Virus record (IMG/VR): IMGVR_UViG_3300027733_000013
Coordinates: 1-33,803 of that record
Source: a virus
Taxonomy: Duplodnaviria > Caudoviricetes
DNA length: 33,803 nucleotides
Strand: one strand, 5' to 3'
The notes under the pieces are model-generated. The model had not been told where the DNA came from, made no database searches, and was given only the letters and a program-made list of their open reading frames with translations. Both the position numbers and the translations under genes were made by a program. Shown piece after piece: positions 1 through 6,814 of the stretch (position 1 is its first letter; each line of letters opens with the position of its first letter).

Positions 1-127
1 GGTGTAGGTAATGCCACAGTTCGTACCATGTATGCTTCGGCAGGACAAGTGCAAGATAATACATTTTCTTATCTTACTAGCGTATCTGGCACAGACACAA
101 TTACTGCTTTAGCTTCTGTATCTATGA
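1..127 (+). repeat. 127-bp terminal direct repeat (copy 1), most likely assembly k-mer overlap
   Basis: 1..127 is identical to 33677..33803 and falls in the middle of a CDS. Confidence 0.95.
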
Positions 128-867
128 CTGCTTATGCAGCAGGTCAAGTATTTAGATTTATTGCAGCAGGTGCTAATACCACTACAAGCGTTACACTTAA
201 TATTAATAGTATTGGTGCTAAAGCCATTACTAAAAATGGTACTACTGCGTTAGCTATTGGTGATATACCAGCAGGATCTGTTGTTGTAGTTACTTATGAT
301 GGCACACAATTTCAAATATCTAACATAGCTTCAATATCTGTTTCATCTTTTACCGCAGGCACAACAGGTTTTACTCCTTCTACAGCAACAACTGGCGCAG
401 TTACATTAGCTGGCACATTAAATGTAGCTAATGGTGGAACTGGTGCAAGTACTTTAACTTCTGGTTCAGTTGTTGTTGGAAATGGAACAAGTGCAGTATC
501 TTTAGTAGCTCCAAGCACATCAGGTAATGTATTAACATCTAATGGTACTACTTGGACAAGTGCTGCTAATTCTAGTGTAGGTATTGGTCAAACTTGGCAA
601 TTACCTACAAGAGCATCAGGAACATCATACACAAATAGCACAGGCAAACCAATACAAGTATTACTAACTATTGGTCAATCACTTTCAGGTTCAGGTACAA
701 CTACTGTTGTTGTAGGTGGTGTCACTATAGTAAATAGTTCTTATGGTTCAAATGCTACAGGTAGTAACCAACCAATTTCATTTGCTTTTATTGTGCCTAA
801 TAGCACAGCATATACAGTTACTGTTACAAGTGGTTGTATTCTTAGTGTTTGGGCTGAATTGAGATAA
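1..867 (+). CDS. Tail fibre/spike protein, 3' part (ORF-track start at 28 is an internal Met)
   Basis: G/T/S-rich fibre segments; C-terminal GQTWQ...YTNSTGKPI domain; follows the ejection genes on the circle. Confidence 0.8.
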   Translation, partial: GVGNATVRTMYASAGQVQDNTFSYLTSVSGTDTITALASVSMTAYAAGQVFRFIAAGANTTTSVTLNINSIGAKAITKNGTTALAIGDIPAGSVVVVTYDGTQFQISNIASISVSSFTAGTTGFTPSTATTGAVTLAGTLNVANGGTGASTLTSGSVVVGNGTSAVSLVAPSTSGNVLTSNGTTWTSAANSSVGIGQTWQLPTRASGTSYTNSTGKPIQVLLTIGQSLSGSGTTTVVVGGVTIVNSSYGSNATGSNQPISFAFIVPNSTAYTVTVTSGCILSVWAELR

Positions 868-870
868 TTT

Positions 871-1077
871 ATGGACAATATAAACCCAGTATCCTATGGC
901 AAACTTATAGGCAAGGTAGAATCTTTAGAACATAAAGTAGAAAGCCTTGAAAAAGATATAAAAGAGTTATTAGAGCTTGCTAACAAATCTAAAGGTGGCC
1001 TATGGACTGGTATGATGATCGCATCATCTATCGGTGGTTTTATAGGTTACTTTATGCACCTGTTTTCTGGCAAGTAA
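871..1077 (+). CDS. Small coiled-coil protein with C-terminal TM helix (holin/antiholin or XhlA-like)
   Basis: Heptad KVESLEHKVESLEKDIKELL followed by a hydrophobic C-terminus; start of the lysis region. Confidence 0.55.
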   Translation: MDNINPVSYGKLIGKVESLEHKVESLEKDIKELLELANKSKGGLWTGMMIASSIGGFIGYFMHLFSGK

Positions 1078-1422
1078 ATGTGGATTACAGAGGATTCTAT
1101 CGCAGCTTTGTATACCGCATTTATACAAATAGAACCCTTCGCATCTATGCCATTTCCACCTGCCAAGCGTGTAGAATTTGTGGTATGTAACAATCCTGAT
1201 CTATACGGACAATACGAACCAGAACCACACACAATAACAATCTCACTAGGTAAATGTAGTCATTTAGATACTGTTATAAAGACGCTTTTACATGAGATGA
1301 TTCACCAAATCATTTACATCAAATATCCCAAATCAGAAATATACTTATCCCATAAAGGCGAATTTAAACGCATGCAACATAAGGTTGCTAAACAATTTGG
1401 ATTTGATCCGTTAGAATTATGA
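1078..1422 (+). CDS. SprT-like zinc metallopeptidase
   Basis: TLLHEMIH (HExxH) and downstream HKGEFKR, matching the SprT H-x-x-x-F pattern. Confidence 0.75.
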   Translation: MWITEDSIAALYTAFIQIEPFASMPFPPAKRVEFVVCNNPDLYGQYEPEPHTITISLGKCSHLDTVIKTLLHEMIHQIIYIKYPKSEIYLSHKGEFKRMQHKVAKQFGFDPLEL

Positions 1423-1532
1423 AAATACTAGAAAAACTTAAAGAATTATTTGCTAAAGGCCCTACAAAGCCTAAACCTAAAACTGACACACCTGAATTAC
1501 ATCATCACAATCATGGGAGTTCAACAACATAA
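1419..1532 (+). CDS. 37-aa cationic amphipathic peptide with His-rich tail (not in ORF track)
   Basis: MKILEKLKELFAKGPTKPKPKTDTPELHHHNHGSSTT; ATGA overlap upstream and TAATG overlap downstream fill the gap exactly. Confidence 0.7.
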   Translation: MKILEKLKELFAKGPTKPKPKTDTPELHHHNHGSSTT

Positions 1533-1915
1533 TGGGTAGCTTAATCTCACTTATATTACCAGCATTAGTTCCTGCATTTACAGATGGCGTTAGAGGTATA
1601 TTTGCCAAACTAACAGGCGGAGCTGGTGGCCAACCACAAAACATGCAAGAACGCATATCTCTTATACAAGCTGAAACAGAACGCTTAAAAGCATTAGCTC
1701 AATTAGACACACCTAATGGCGAACCTTCTAAATGGATTATTGATCTTAGAGCTTGCTATAGATACGTTATCGTATCATTTATACTAATTGCCACTATTTT
1801 TGTTATCTACTCACCTAGCGTTTCTGTAGCAGTCGTAAGCGTATTCCTAGACATGACCGGTGCGTGTATGAGCTTCATTATTGGCGAAAGAATGTACTTA
1901 GCTATAAAAAGATGA
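1532..1915 (+). CDS. Putative holin (GTA 3TM-holin-like)
   Basis: N-terminal hydrophobic helix plus two C-terminal TM helices ending FIIGER; directly upstream of the endolysin. Confidence 0.7.
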   Translation: MGSLISLILPALVPAFTDGVRGIFAKLTGGAGGQPQNMQERISLIQAETERLKALAQLDTPNGEPSKWIIDLRACYRYVIVSFILIATIFVIYSPSVSVAVVSVFLDMTGACMSFIIGERMYLAIKR

Positions 1916-2301
1916 AATTACGATTAGAGAGGTTTGAATATGGAAGCACTTATACTATCGGCAAATTCTACATTGATGGTGTTTATCATAGTTTTTCTTT
2001 AGAGGATGTCGTAAGAAAAGGGGAAAAAGTAAATGGACAAACAGCTATTCCAACTGGCACTTACCCTGTCATTATTGATCTTTCTGCTCGTTTTGGTAAG
2101 CAACTTCCCCATGTATTAAGTGTGCCTGGCTTTGAAGGCATTAGGATTCATCCTGGAAATACATCTAAAGACACAGAGGGATGTATCTTACTTGGTACAG
2201 CATGGACAGGTGGAGATTTTATAACCAATTCTAAAGTAGCCTTTAATACTTTTTTTGACAAATTAAAGGAAGCTCAAACTGCCACATTACTTGTATGTTA
2301 G
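1912..2301 (+). CDS. Putative endolysin, DUF5675 family (L,D-transpeptidase-like)
   Basis: MKLRLERF...TIG...SLED...TAIPTGTY...IRIHPGN...DTEGCILLG; start reassigned to 1912 (ATGA coupling with the holin stop). Confidence 0.75.
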   Translation: MKLRLERFEYGSTYTIGKFYIDGVYHSFSLEDVVRKGEKVNGQTAIPTGTYPVIIDLSARFGKQLPHVLSVPGFEGIRIHPGNTSKDTEGCILLGTAWTGGDFITNSKVAFNTFFDKLKEAQTATLLVC

Positions 2302-2402
2302 ATTATTTACTTTGTAGTTTGCTTTGTGCAATAGATCATTTAAAATATGTTATTGCAATCTTAATTATTCTTATAGTGTATAATAATGTAACTCAACACT
2401 AG
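2295..2402 (+). CDS. 35-aa membrane peptide (not in ORF track)
   Basis: MLDYLLCSLLCAIDHLKYVIAILIILIVYNNVTQH; overlaps the endolysin stop and ends at the RBS of the next gene. Confidence 0.45.
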   Translation: MLDYLLCSLLCAIDHLKYVIAILIILIVYNNVTQH

Positions 2403-2411
2403 GAGAGTAAC

Positions 2412-3149
2412 TTGAAGATTTTGCTCATAGATATAGAAGTAGCACCAAACACAGCTCACGTCTGGGGTATCTTTGACCAGAACATCTCAATCAATCAATT
2501 ACTAGAATCATCCTACACTTTATGCTATGCCGCTAAATGGTATGGCAATCCCAAAATTATGTTTGACTCAGTTCAAAAGTCAGGCAAAGATAAAATGCTT
2601 GCTAATGTCCATGCTTTATTAGATCAAGCTGATGCAGTAGTACATTACAATGGCAGTCGTTTTGATATTCCCATTTTAAATAAAGAATTTCTTTTGAGTG
2701 GTATGCCACCACCAAGTCCAGCTAAACATATAGACTTATTACAAGTAGCTCGTAGACAGTTTAGATTTGTTTCTAACAAACTAGACTATGTATCACAGGC
2801 TTTAGGTTTAGGTGCTAAAACAGCACATGAGGGCCATACGCTATGGTTAAAATGTATGAATGATGATCGTAAGGCTTGGAAGATCATGGAAGAATACAAT
2901 AAAAATGACGTTATATTACTTGAAAAGGTATATAACAAGTTTAAAGGTTGGATCAAATCACATCCTAATCATAACGCATATTCTCCTGATGTATGTTGCC
3001 CAAATTGCGCATCACGCAAATTACAAGCTAGAGGAACGCAAAGATCAAGAGTTGCTGTATATCAGCGTTTTCAATGTCAAGAATGTGGTAGCTGGTCAAG
3101 GTCAATTAAAGCTGAGAAAAAAAGTAAAGAATCGTTAGTAACTATTTAA
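2412..3149 (+). CDS. DEDD/RNase_H_2 (YprB-like) 3'-5' exonuclease with C-terminal Zn ribbon
   Basis: LIDIE, HYNGSRFDIP, YNKNDV motifs; CPNC...CQEC; TTG start with AGGAG. Confidence 0.85.
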   Translation: MKILLIDIEVAPNTAHVWGIFDQNISINQLLESSYTLCYAAKWYGNPKIMFDSVQKSGKDKMLANVHALLDQADAVVHYNGSRFDIPILNKEFLLSGMPPPSPAKHIDLLQVARRQFRFVSNKLDYVSQALGLGAKTAHEGHTLWLKCMNDDRKAWKIMEEYNKNDVILLEKVYNKFKGWIKSHPNHNAYSPDVCCPNCASRKLQARGTQRSRVAVYQRFQCQECGSWSRSIKAEKKSKESLVTI

Positions 3150-3157
3150 GGACTAAT

Positions 3158-3340
3158 ATGGCAATCACAGCACAACAAATATGCGATCACCTTGTAGGTA
3201 AAACTGTTGTGTCAGCCGAATTAGACTATGGCGATAATATTATTATCTTAGAACTTTCAGATTCATCATACATAGAAATAAGCGGTGAAGAACTATCTAT
3301 ATACGCTGAACTTAATCAAGATGATGATACTATTCACTAA
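3158..3340 (+). CDS. Hypothetical acidic protein
   Basis: AAGGA RBS; last gene before the terminator. Confidence 0.7.
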   Translation: MAITAQQICDHLVGKTVVSAELDYGDNIIILELSDSSYIEISGEELSIYAELNQDDDTIH

Positions 3341-3342
3341 AT

Positions 3343-3372
3343 AAAAAAAAGGGCTTAAACAGCCCTTTATGT
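3343..3372. terminator. Bidirectional intrinsic terminator
   Basis: AAAGGGCT-TAAAC-AGCCCTTT with an A8 run on the left and TTTATGT on the right, between convergent operons. Confidence 0.85.
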
Positions 3373-3377
3373 ACGTT

Positions 3378-3473
3378 TTGAGTACCGTTAAGCCTACGTT
3401 AGAGGATGTAATAAGTTTAGTGTTTTTAGGCTTTCTACTAAACGTGTAGTAATTACCAAATCTAGGTACTTAA
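3378..3473. ncRNA. Candidate structured RNA with loop-bulge pseudoknot
   Basis: Nested helices 3381-86/3465-70, 3400-03/3461-64, 3408-12/3452-56, 3415-21/3437-43, plus crossing pair AAGCCTA 3390-96/TAGGCTT 3427-33. Confidence 0.5.
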
Positions 3474-3751
3474 TCATCTGCCATTTCAATACGCTGCAAT
3501 TGAGCATCAATTTCTGGTGGATTAACAGCCACTTCATCCCTTGTAGCTTCTAATAGCTTATTCTTATACCAATCAGACTTTTCTAAATCTTGCTCTGGAT
3601 GATCTTTAAACGGATAACGTAAGTCATATTTAAGCTTACATCCCTTTAAATACCCAATATATTCTTCTTTAGTTAAACGACTTTTAATAACATCAATTGC
3701 TTCAATCCCACCCACCAAGTAATGTGGCGGTCTATTTACCATATCAACCAT
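3470..3751 (-). CDS. DUF3310 protein (T7 gp1.7-like putative nucleotide kinase)
   Basis: DMVNRPPHY..GGIEAIDVI...GYLKG..LKY..R...K...EQDLEKSDWY. Confidence 0.85.
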   Translation of the reverse strand: MVDMVNRPPHYLVGGIEAIDVIKSRLTKEEYIGYLKGCKLKYDLRYPFKDHPEQDLEKSDWYKNKLLEATRDEVAVNPPEIDAQLQRIEMADD

Positions 3752-3869
3752 GATGACTCCTTATCAATAAAAGATTAATTAATTCATACAACCCAACAAG
3801 CAAACCGATTATACCACCAAATATTAATATCCATACAATCCATTCAAGTATTTTTTCAAAAGTACTCAT
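3744..3869 (-). CDS. 41-aa single-TM peptide (not in ORF track)
   Basis: MSTFEKILEWIVWILIFGGIIGLLVGLYELINLLLIRSHHG; ATGA-coupled to the upstream gene. Confidence 0.7.
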   Translation of the reverse strand: MSTFEKILEWIVWILIFGGIIGLLVGLYELINLLLIRSHHG

Positions 3870-4099
3870 AGACCATTCTCCGCTTCAGTTAAACGTTTAC
3901 TATCATACTTACTTAATCCTTTGTATTCTTCTACTGGACTGCCTGCTACCAAAGGTGTTATTTTAATATGGTGAGTCGTATTCTTGAGATCATTAAGATA
4001 AGATAACTGATTAGGATGAAATGACCATAAATAAGACTTTAACAAGTCACCTGATTTAACATCATATTCTTCGTATAGGTAAGCCAAAATAGTTTTCAT
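3866..4099 (-). CDS. Hypothetical protein
   Basis: Likely start MKTILAY at 4099 by ATGA coupling. Confidence 0.65.
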   Translation of the reverse strand: MKTILAYLYEEYDVKSGDLLKSYLWSFHPNQLSYLNDLKNTTHHIKITPLVAGSPVEEYKGLSKYDSKRLTEAENGL

Positions 4100-4329
4100 T
4101 TTATATTCTTTTCCGCCCACATCATATCAGACTCTAATTGATTGTCATTATACTCTGGTTTAGTAGCATTATATATACCTACTAATTTTTGGCTCATAAG
4201 CTCTCTAGGAACTTCTGGAATATCTCTGTATCTTGCAGGCCTAACAATAAACCTAGCATTATGTTTATAAACAGCTACTGGTTCTGCATGTCTATGTATA
4301 AATCTTGATACTCTTTCAAAGCTCATCAT
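4096..4329 (-). CDS. Hypothetical protein
   Basis: AAGGAG RBS; operon context. Confidence 0.7.
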   Translation of the reverse strand: MMSFERVSRFIHRHAEPVAVYKHNARFIVRPARYRDIPEVPRELMSQKLVGIYNATKPEYNDNQLESDMMWAEKNIK

Positions 4330-4336
4330 ATACTCC

Positions 4337-4717
4337 TTAATAAAATATCATCTTACCTATTTTTGTTTTCTTGCGTTTGCCAAACCATTGAGCTTTTGGC
4401 GCAATAGAATCATCATGGAAATATAAAGCATTTGCAACTGGGTTAGCATGTTTATGATAAACAATCGTATCAATAACCAAAAGTTTAGTCTCCAAATACG
4501 CCCTTTCATCAACTGGATCGTGGGACTCATCTTGCACAGCAAACTGATTATTAGCATAAACGACAGAACATACAGAATAACCCCAGCGACCAGTATGCAA
4601 CCTATTGCGAATAACATTGATAACCCCTACCTTTTCTTCTAATGAACGAGTATTTACTTCGTGATAAACAGCAGTAGCATAGCAAGCTATATCTAATTCT
4701 AAATTTGTCATATCCAT
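4337..4717 (-). CDS. SleB-like cell wall hydrolase (Hydrolase_2)
   Basis: C.ATAVYHE...V.NVIRNR...SVCSVVY...QF...ALYFH...KIGKMIFY. Confidence 0.85.
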   Translation of the reverse strand: MDMTNLELDIACYATAVYHEVNTRSLEEKVGVINVIRNRLHTGRWGYSVCSVVYANNQFAVQDESHDPVDERAYLETKLLVIDTIVYHKHANPVANALYFHDDSIAPKAQWFGKRKKTKIGKMIFY

Positions 4718-4749
4718 ATATTACACAGCCTTCTTTAATGGTTTTACTG

Positions 4750-4804
4750 TTACCCCAAAATGAGTAGCAGCGTATAATGCACATATAAATCTAAAGAAAG
4801 GAGA
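4750..4804 (+). promoter_or_regulatory. Putative sigma70 promoter and RBS of pqqA
   Basis: Perfect TATAAT at 4773-4778; weak -35 TTACCC 17 bp upstream; AAAGGAG before the ATG. Confidence 0.55.
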
Positions 4805-4811
4805 ATAGACC

Positions 4812-4883
4812 ATGTGGACTAAACCTACTGCTACAGAAATGCGTTTTGGCTTTGAAGTAACCATGTATGTAATGAATAAATAG
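4812..4883 (+). CDS. pqqA: Pyrroloquinoline quinone precursor peptide PqqA (23 aa; not in ORF track)
   Basis: MWTKPTATEMRFGFEVTMYVMNK: W-x-x-P leader, R-x-GFEVTMY core with the E-x3-Y pair, strong RBS. Confidence 0.96.
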   Translation: MWTKPTATEMRFGFEVTMYVMNK

Positions 4884-4889
4884 TTATAA

Positions 4890-4933
4890 ATGATAAGGGA
4901 GACACCATTAAAATGGAACGTCTCCCAAGTCAT
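4890..4933. terminator. Stem-loop between convergent pqqA and ssb-like gene
   Basis: GGGAGAC 4897-4903/GTCTCCC 4920-4926 with inner CCAT/ATGG; U-rich tail on the minus strand. Confidence 0.6.
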
Positions 4934-5183
4934 CTTCAACATCTGCACCCTTAGCAGATTCTTCTTGTATTCTTGGCTGCGCTTGTTTGCCAATAGAAAA
5001 CTTTTTAAACTCACGACCTTGAGCTGTAAGCCTATTACTAATGTTTACATAGTAAGGCGTATTAGGTAAAATATCTTCTGGTGTAATTAACACACCACTA
5101 TAATCAGCATGCCAATCTTCTACTTTTTTATCATTAGGAAAAAGATTACAAGTGCCTGGTTTAGGTATAAATGATTCTGCCAT
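4908..5183 (-). CDS. Putative single-stranded DNA-binding protein
   Basis: Acidic tail EDDLGDVPF; follows the SSAP and exonuclease. Confidence 0.65.
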   Translation of the reverse strand: MAESFIPKPGTCNLFPNDKKVEDWHADYSGVLITPEDILPNTPYYVNISNRLTAQGREFKKFSIGKQAQPRIQEESAKGADVEDDLGDVPF

Positions 5184-5186
5184 ATA

Positions 5187-5735
5187 TTACTCCTTAGTAT
5201 AAATTGGTTTACGTTTCCATCTTGTTGGTTCTACATCTGTTTCTACAAACTCCATAAATTCTAACAACAAAGGCGTATACCAGTCAAGCCATTTCTCATC
5301 TTTCTTTACAAGCTCAACTGTAATGCTATTAGGTGTCCATACACTAAACCATCCTTGATCTCTACCGGTGCAATGTATTTGCATTTGTACTTGATAATAA
5401 TAACGATCAGGCATAGTAGGATAAAACTCCATGCTAAAAGGGCATTTAAGCTCTACAGGATCATCATTAAAGTAAGCATCAGCACTAGCACCCATAGGCA
5501 AACTATCATGCACTATAAGTTTATTGCCAGGCATACAAAAGTCACCCATTTCTTTTTCAAAAGCTGACAAAGCATCACGTTCATGTAAATTACCCCACGC
5601 AGTAGCTTCGTTACCTTCAAATGGTGGTTCACGCATAGTCATCTGACGCCAGAGCTTTTGTCTTTCATTAACAGAAGCCCAAGCATTAGATGCTGTTACT
5701 ATGTTATGCCTACGATTGTCTAGTAGGTGACTCAT
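5187..5735 (-). CDS. YqaJ/lambda-exonuclease-like recombination nuclease
   Basis: R...VTAS, WG..HE, GASADA, ELKCP, YYYQVQMQ. Confidence 0.9.
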   Translation of the reverse strand: MSHLLDNRRHNIVTASNAWASVNERQKLWRQMTMREPPFEGNEATAWGNLHERDALSAFEKEMGDFCMPGNKLIVHDSLPMGASADAYFNDDPVELKCPFSMEFYPTMPDRYYYQVQMQIHCTGRDQGWFSVWTPNSITVELVKKDEKWLDWYTPLLLEFMEFVETDVEPTRWKRKPIYTKE

Positions 5736-6250
5736 GCAGACTTTTTAAGATCATTAGCATATTCACGCAATTCTTCTTGAACTGCTGGTGTTAAAGCAAA
5801 AAATGCTTCTTTAAGTTTGCCTTCTTTACTAGCATCTAAAAGTTTGTTTTTAGCAACTGTTAAAGCAGCTTCAGTAACCACTTCTTTAACTGGATTACTT
5901 TGTTGGTGAATAGCATTAACCACTTCATTAGCTGAAGCAAACTCAGTACCACCAATACCAAGACAAGCCAAAGCCCTACCGATAGCAGAAGTTTCACAAT
6001 TTTCCACATAAGATGTGCCATTGATTTGACTTGCTTTACGAAACTCTTGTGCATGGCCAGTAGCAAATACATGATTCTCTCCATTAGCTTGGTGTTGGCC
6101 AACATAGGCTTTAATAATACATTGGTCATCATCAATCTTTACAATTTCAGTAGTAAGAAAGTATGTAGGGAATTTATCTCTAAACTCCGCAACTCTAAGA
6201 GCTACTGTTTTATATTCTTTACCTTTGATATTTACGATTCCGTTACTCAT
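5732..6250 (-). CDS. Single-strand annealing recombinase (Rad52/Sak-like)
   Basis: IKGKEY..VA.RV..FR, ATGHA.E, ENCETSAIGRALA.LG.G; coupled to the exonuclease. Confidence 0.7.
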   Translation of the reverse strand: MSNGIVNIKGKEYKTVALRVAEFRDKFPTYFLTTEIVKIDDDQCIIKAYVGQHQANGENHVFATGHAQEFRKASQINGTSYVENCETSAIGRALACLGIGGTEFASANEVVNAIHQQSNPVKEVVTEAALTVAKNKLLDASKEGKLKEAFFALTPAVQEELREYANDLKKSA

Positions 6251-6423
6251 TCACATTCTCCTTTACATTTACCGCAACAGATTCTAACATCTCCAGTTCT
6301 TGCATCACTTGTTGGTAAAACATCATCTGATCCATATTTAGCATCCATCCTATCGTTATGATCTTTTAAATCTTGGTTGATTAATTGTAACTGTTTTAGT
6401 ATTTCTGATATAGGCTTTAACAT
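6247..6423 (-). CDS. Hypothetical protein with Cys-rich C-terminus
   Basis: Start reassigned to MLKPISE (GGAG RBS); ends CCGKCKGECE. Confidence 0.6.
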   Translation of the reverse strand: MLKPISEILKQLQLINQDLKDHNDRMDAKYGSDDVLPTSDARTGDVRICCGKCKGECE

Positions 6424-6488
6424 ATAATTCTCCATGCAAAGTATGCTACAAACACAATCATAAAGCAAACAATATATTTAGTCATCAT
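6417..6488 (-). CDS. 23-aa hydrophobic peptide (not in ORF track)
   Basis: AGGAG RBS; MMTKYIVCFMIVFVAYFAWRIIC. Confidence 0.6.
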   Translation of the reverse strand: MMTKYIVCFMIVFVAYFAWRIIC

Positions 6489-6588
6489 GTTTCTCCTGCT
6501 GATCTAATAAATGTTCAGCTAACTGTTCTTGTTGTTCAAGACGTTCCATATCGTCTAAATAAGCATCAGGATCTAAATGTCTTTCCAT
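6478..6588 (-). CDS. 36-aa acidic peptide (not in ORF track)
   Basis: AGGAG RBS, TAATG coupling; MERHLDPDAYLDDMERLEQQEQLAEHLLDQQEKHDD. Confidence 0.75.
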   Translation of the reverse strand: MERHLDPDAYLDDMERLEQQEQLAEHLLDQQEKHDD

Positions 6589-6683
6589 TATATTGCTCCT
6601 GACAATTTACCAATTACATATAGGCATAATGCCACATAACACCAAAACGCTATTGCTGTTACTATCATTGTTTTTATACTCAT
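6588..6683 (-). CDS. 31-aa single-TM peptide, first gene of the left operon (not in ORF track)
   Basis: AGGAG RBS; MSIKTMIVTAIAFWCYVALCLYVIGKLSGAI. Confidence 0.75.
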   Translation of the reverse strand: MSIKTMIVTAIAFWCYVALCLYVIGKLSGAI

Positions 6684-6717
6684 GTAATTCTCCTAAGGGT
6701 TAAATGTTGCAATACCC

Positions 6718-6745
6718 ATATTAATGGCATTTTGAACCATGTCAA
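6718..6745 (-). promoter_or_regulatory. Leftward early promoter
   Basis: TTGACA-16 bp-TAATAT on the minus strand. Confidence 0.65.
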
Positions 6746-6778
6746 GCATTATTTAATAAATAATAGAAATAAAATAGT

Positions 6779-6807
6779 TTGCATATAGAATTTAACTATG
6801 CTAATGT
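6779..6807 (+). promoter_or_regulatory. Rightward early promoter
   Basis: TTGCAT-17 bp-TAATGT with an extended TGn motif. Confidence 0.6.
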
Positions 6808-6814
6808 TTTTCAC

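Noticed and set aside
3340-3469. Stop-codon read-through of DUF3310 stimulated by the pseudoknot (frame stays open past the stop)
   Set aside because: The open frame runs through the terminator, which would give a non-stop mRNA, and the structure abuts the stop with no spacer
4812-4883. pqqA as an attP or remnant of host DNA from excision
   Set aside because: No integrase, no other host genes, and the gene retains its own expression signals; cannot be fully excluded
4721-5014. 97-aa minus-strand ORF covering pqqA (and ORF 4602..4784)
   Set aside because: Shadow frames: they overlap ssb or sleB out of frame, have no clear RBS and no recognisable motifs, whereas pqqA is unambiguous
6478-6588. 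Acidic peptide as a lanthanide-binding partner for XoxF
   Set aside because: No EF-hand/lanmodulin-type motif and no export signal; acidity alone is insufficient
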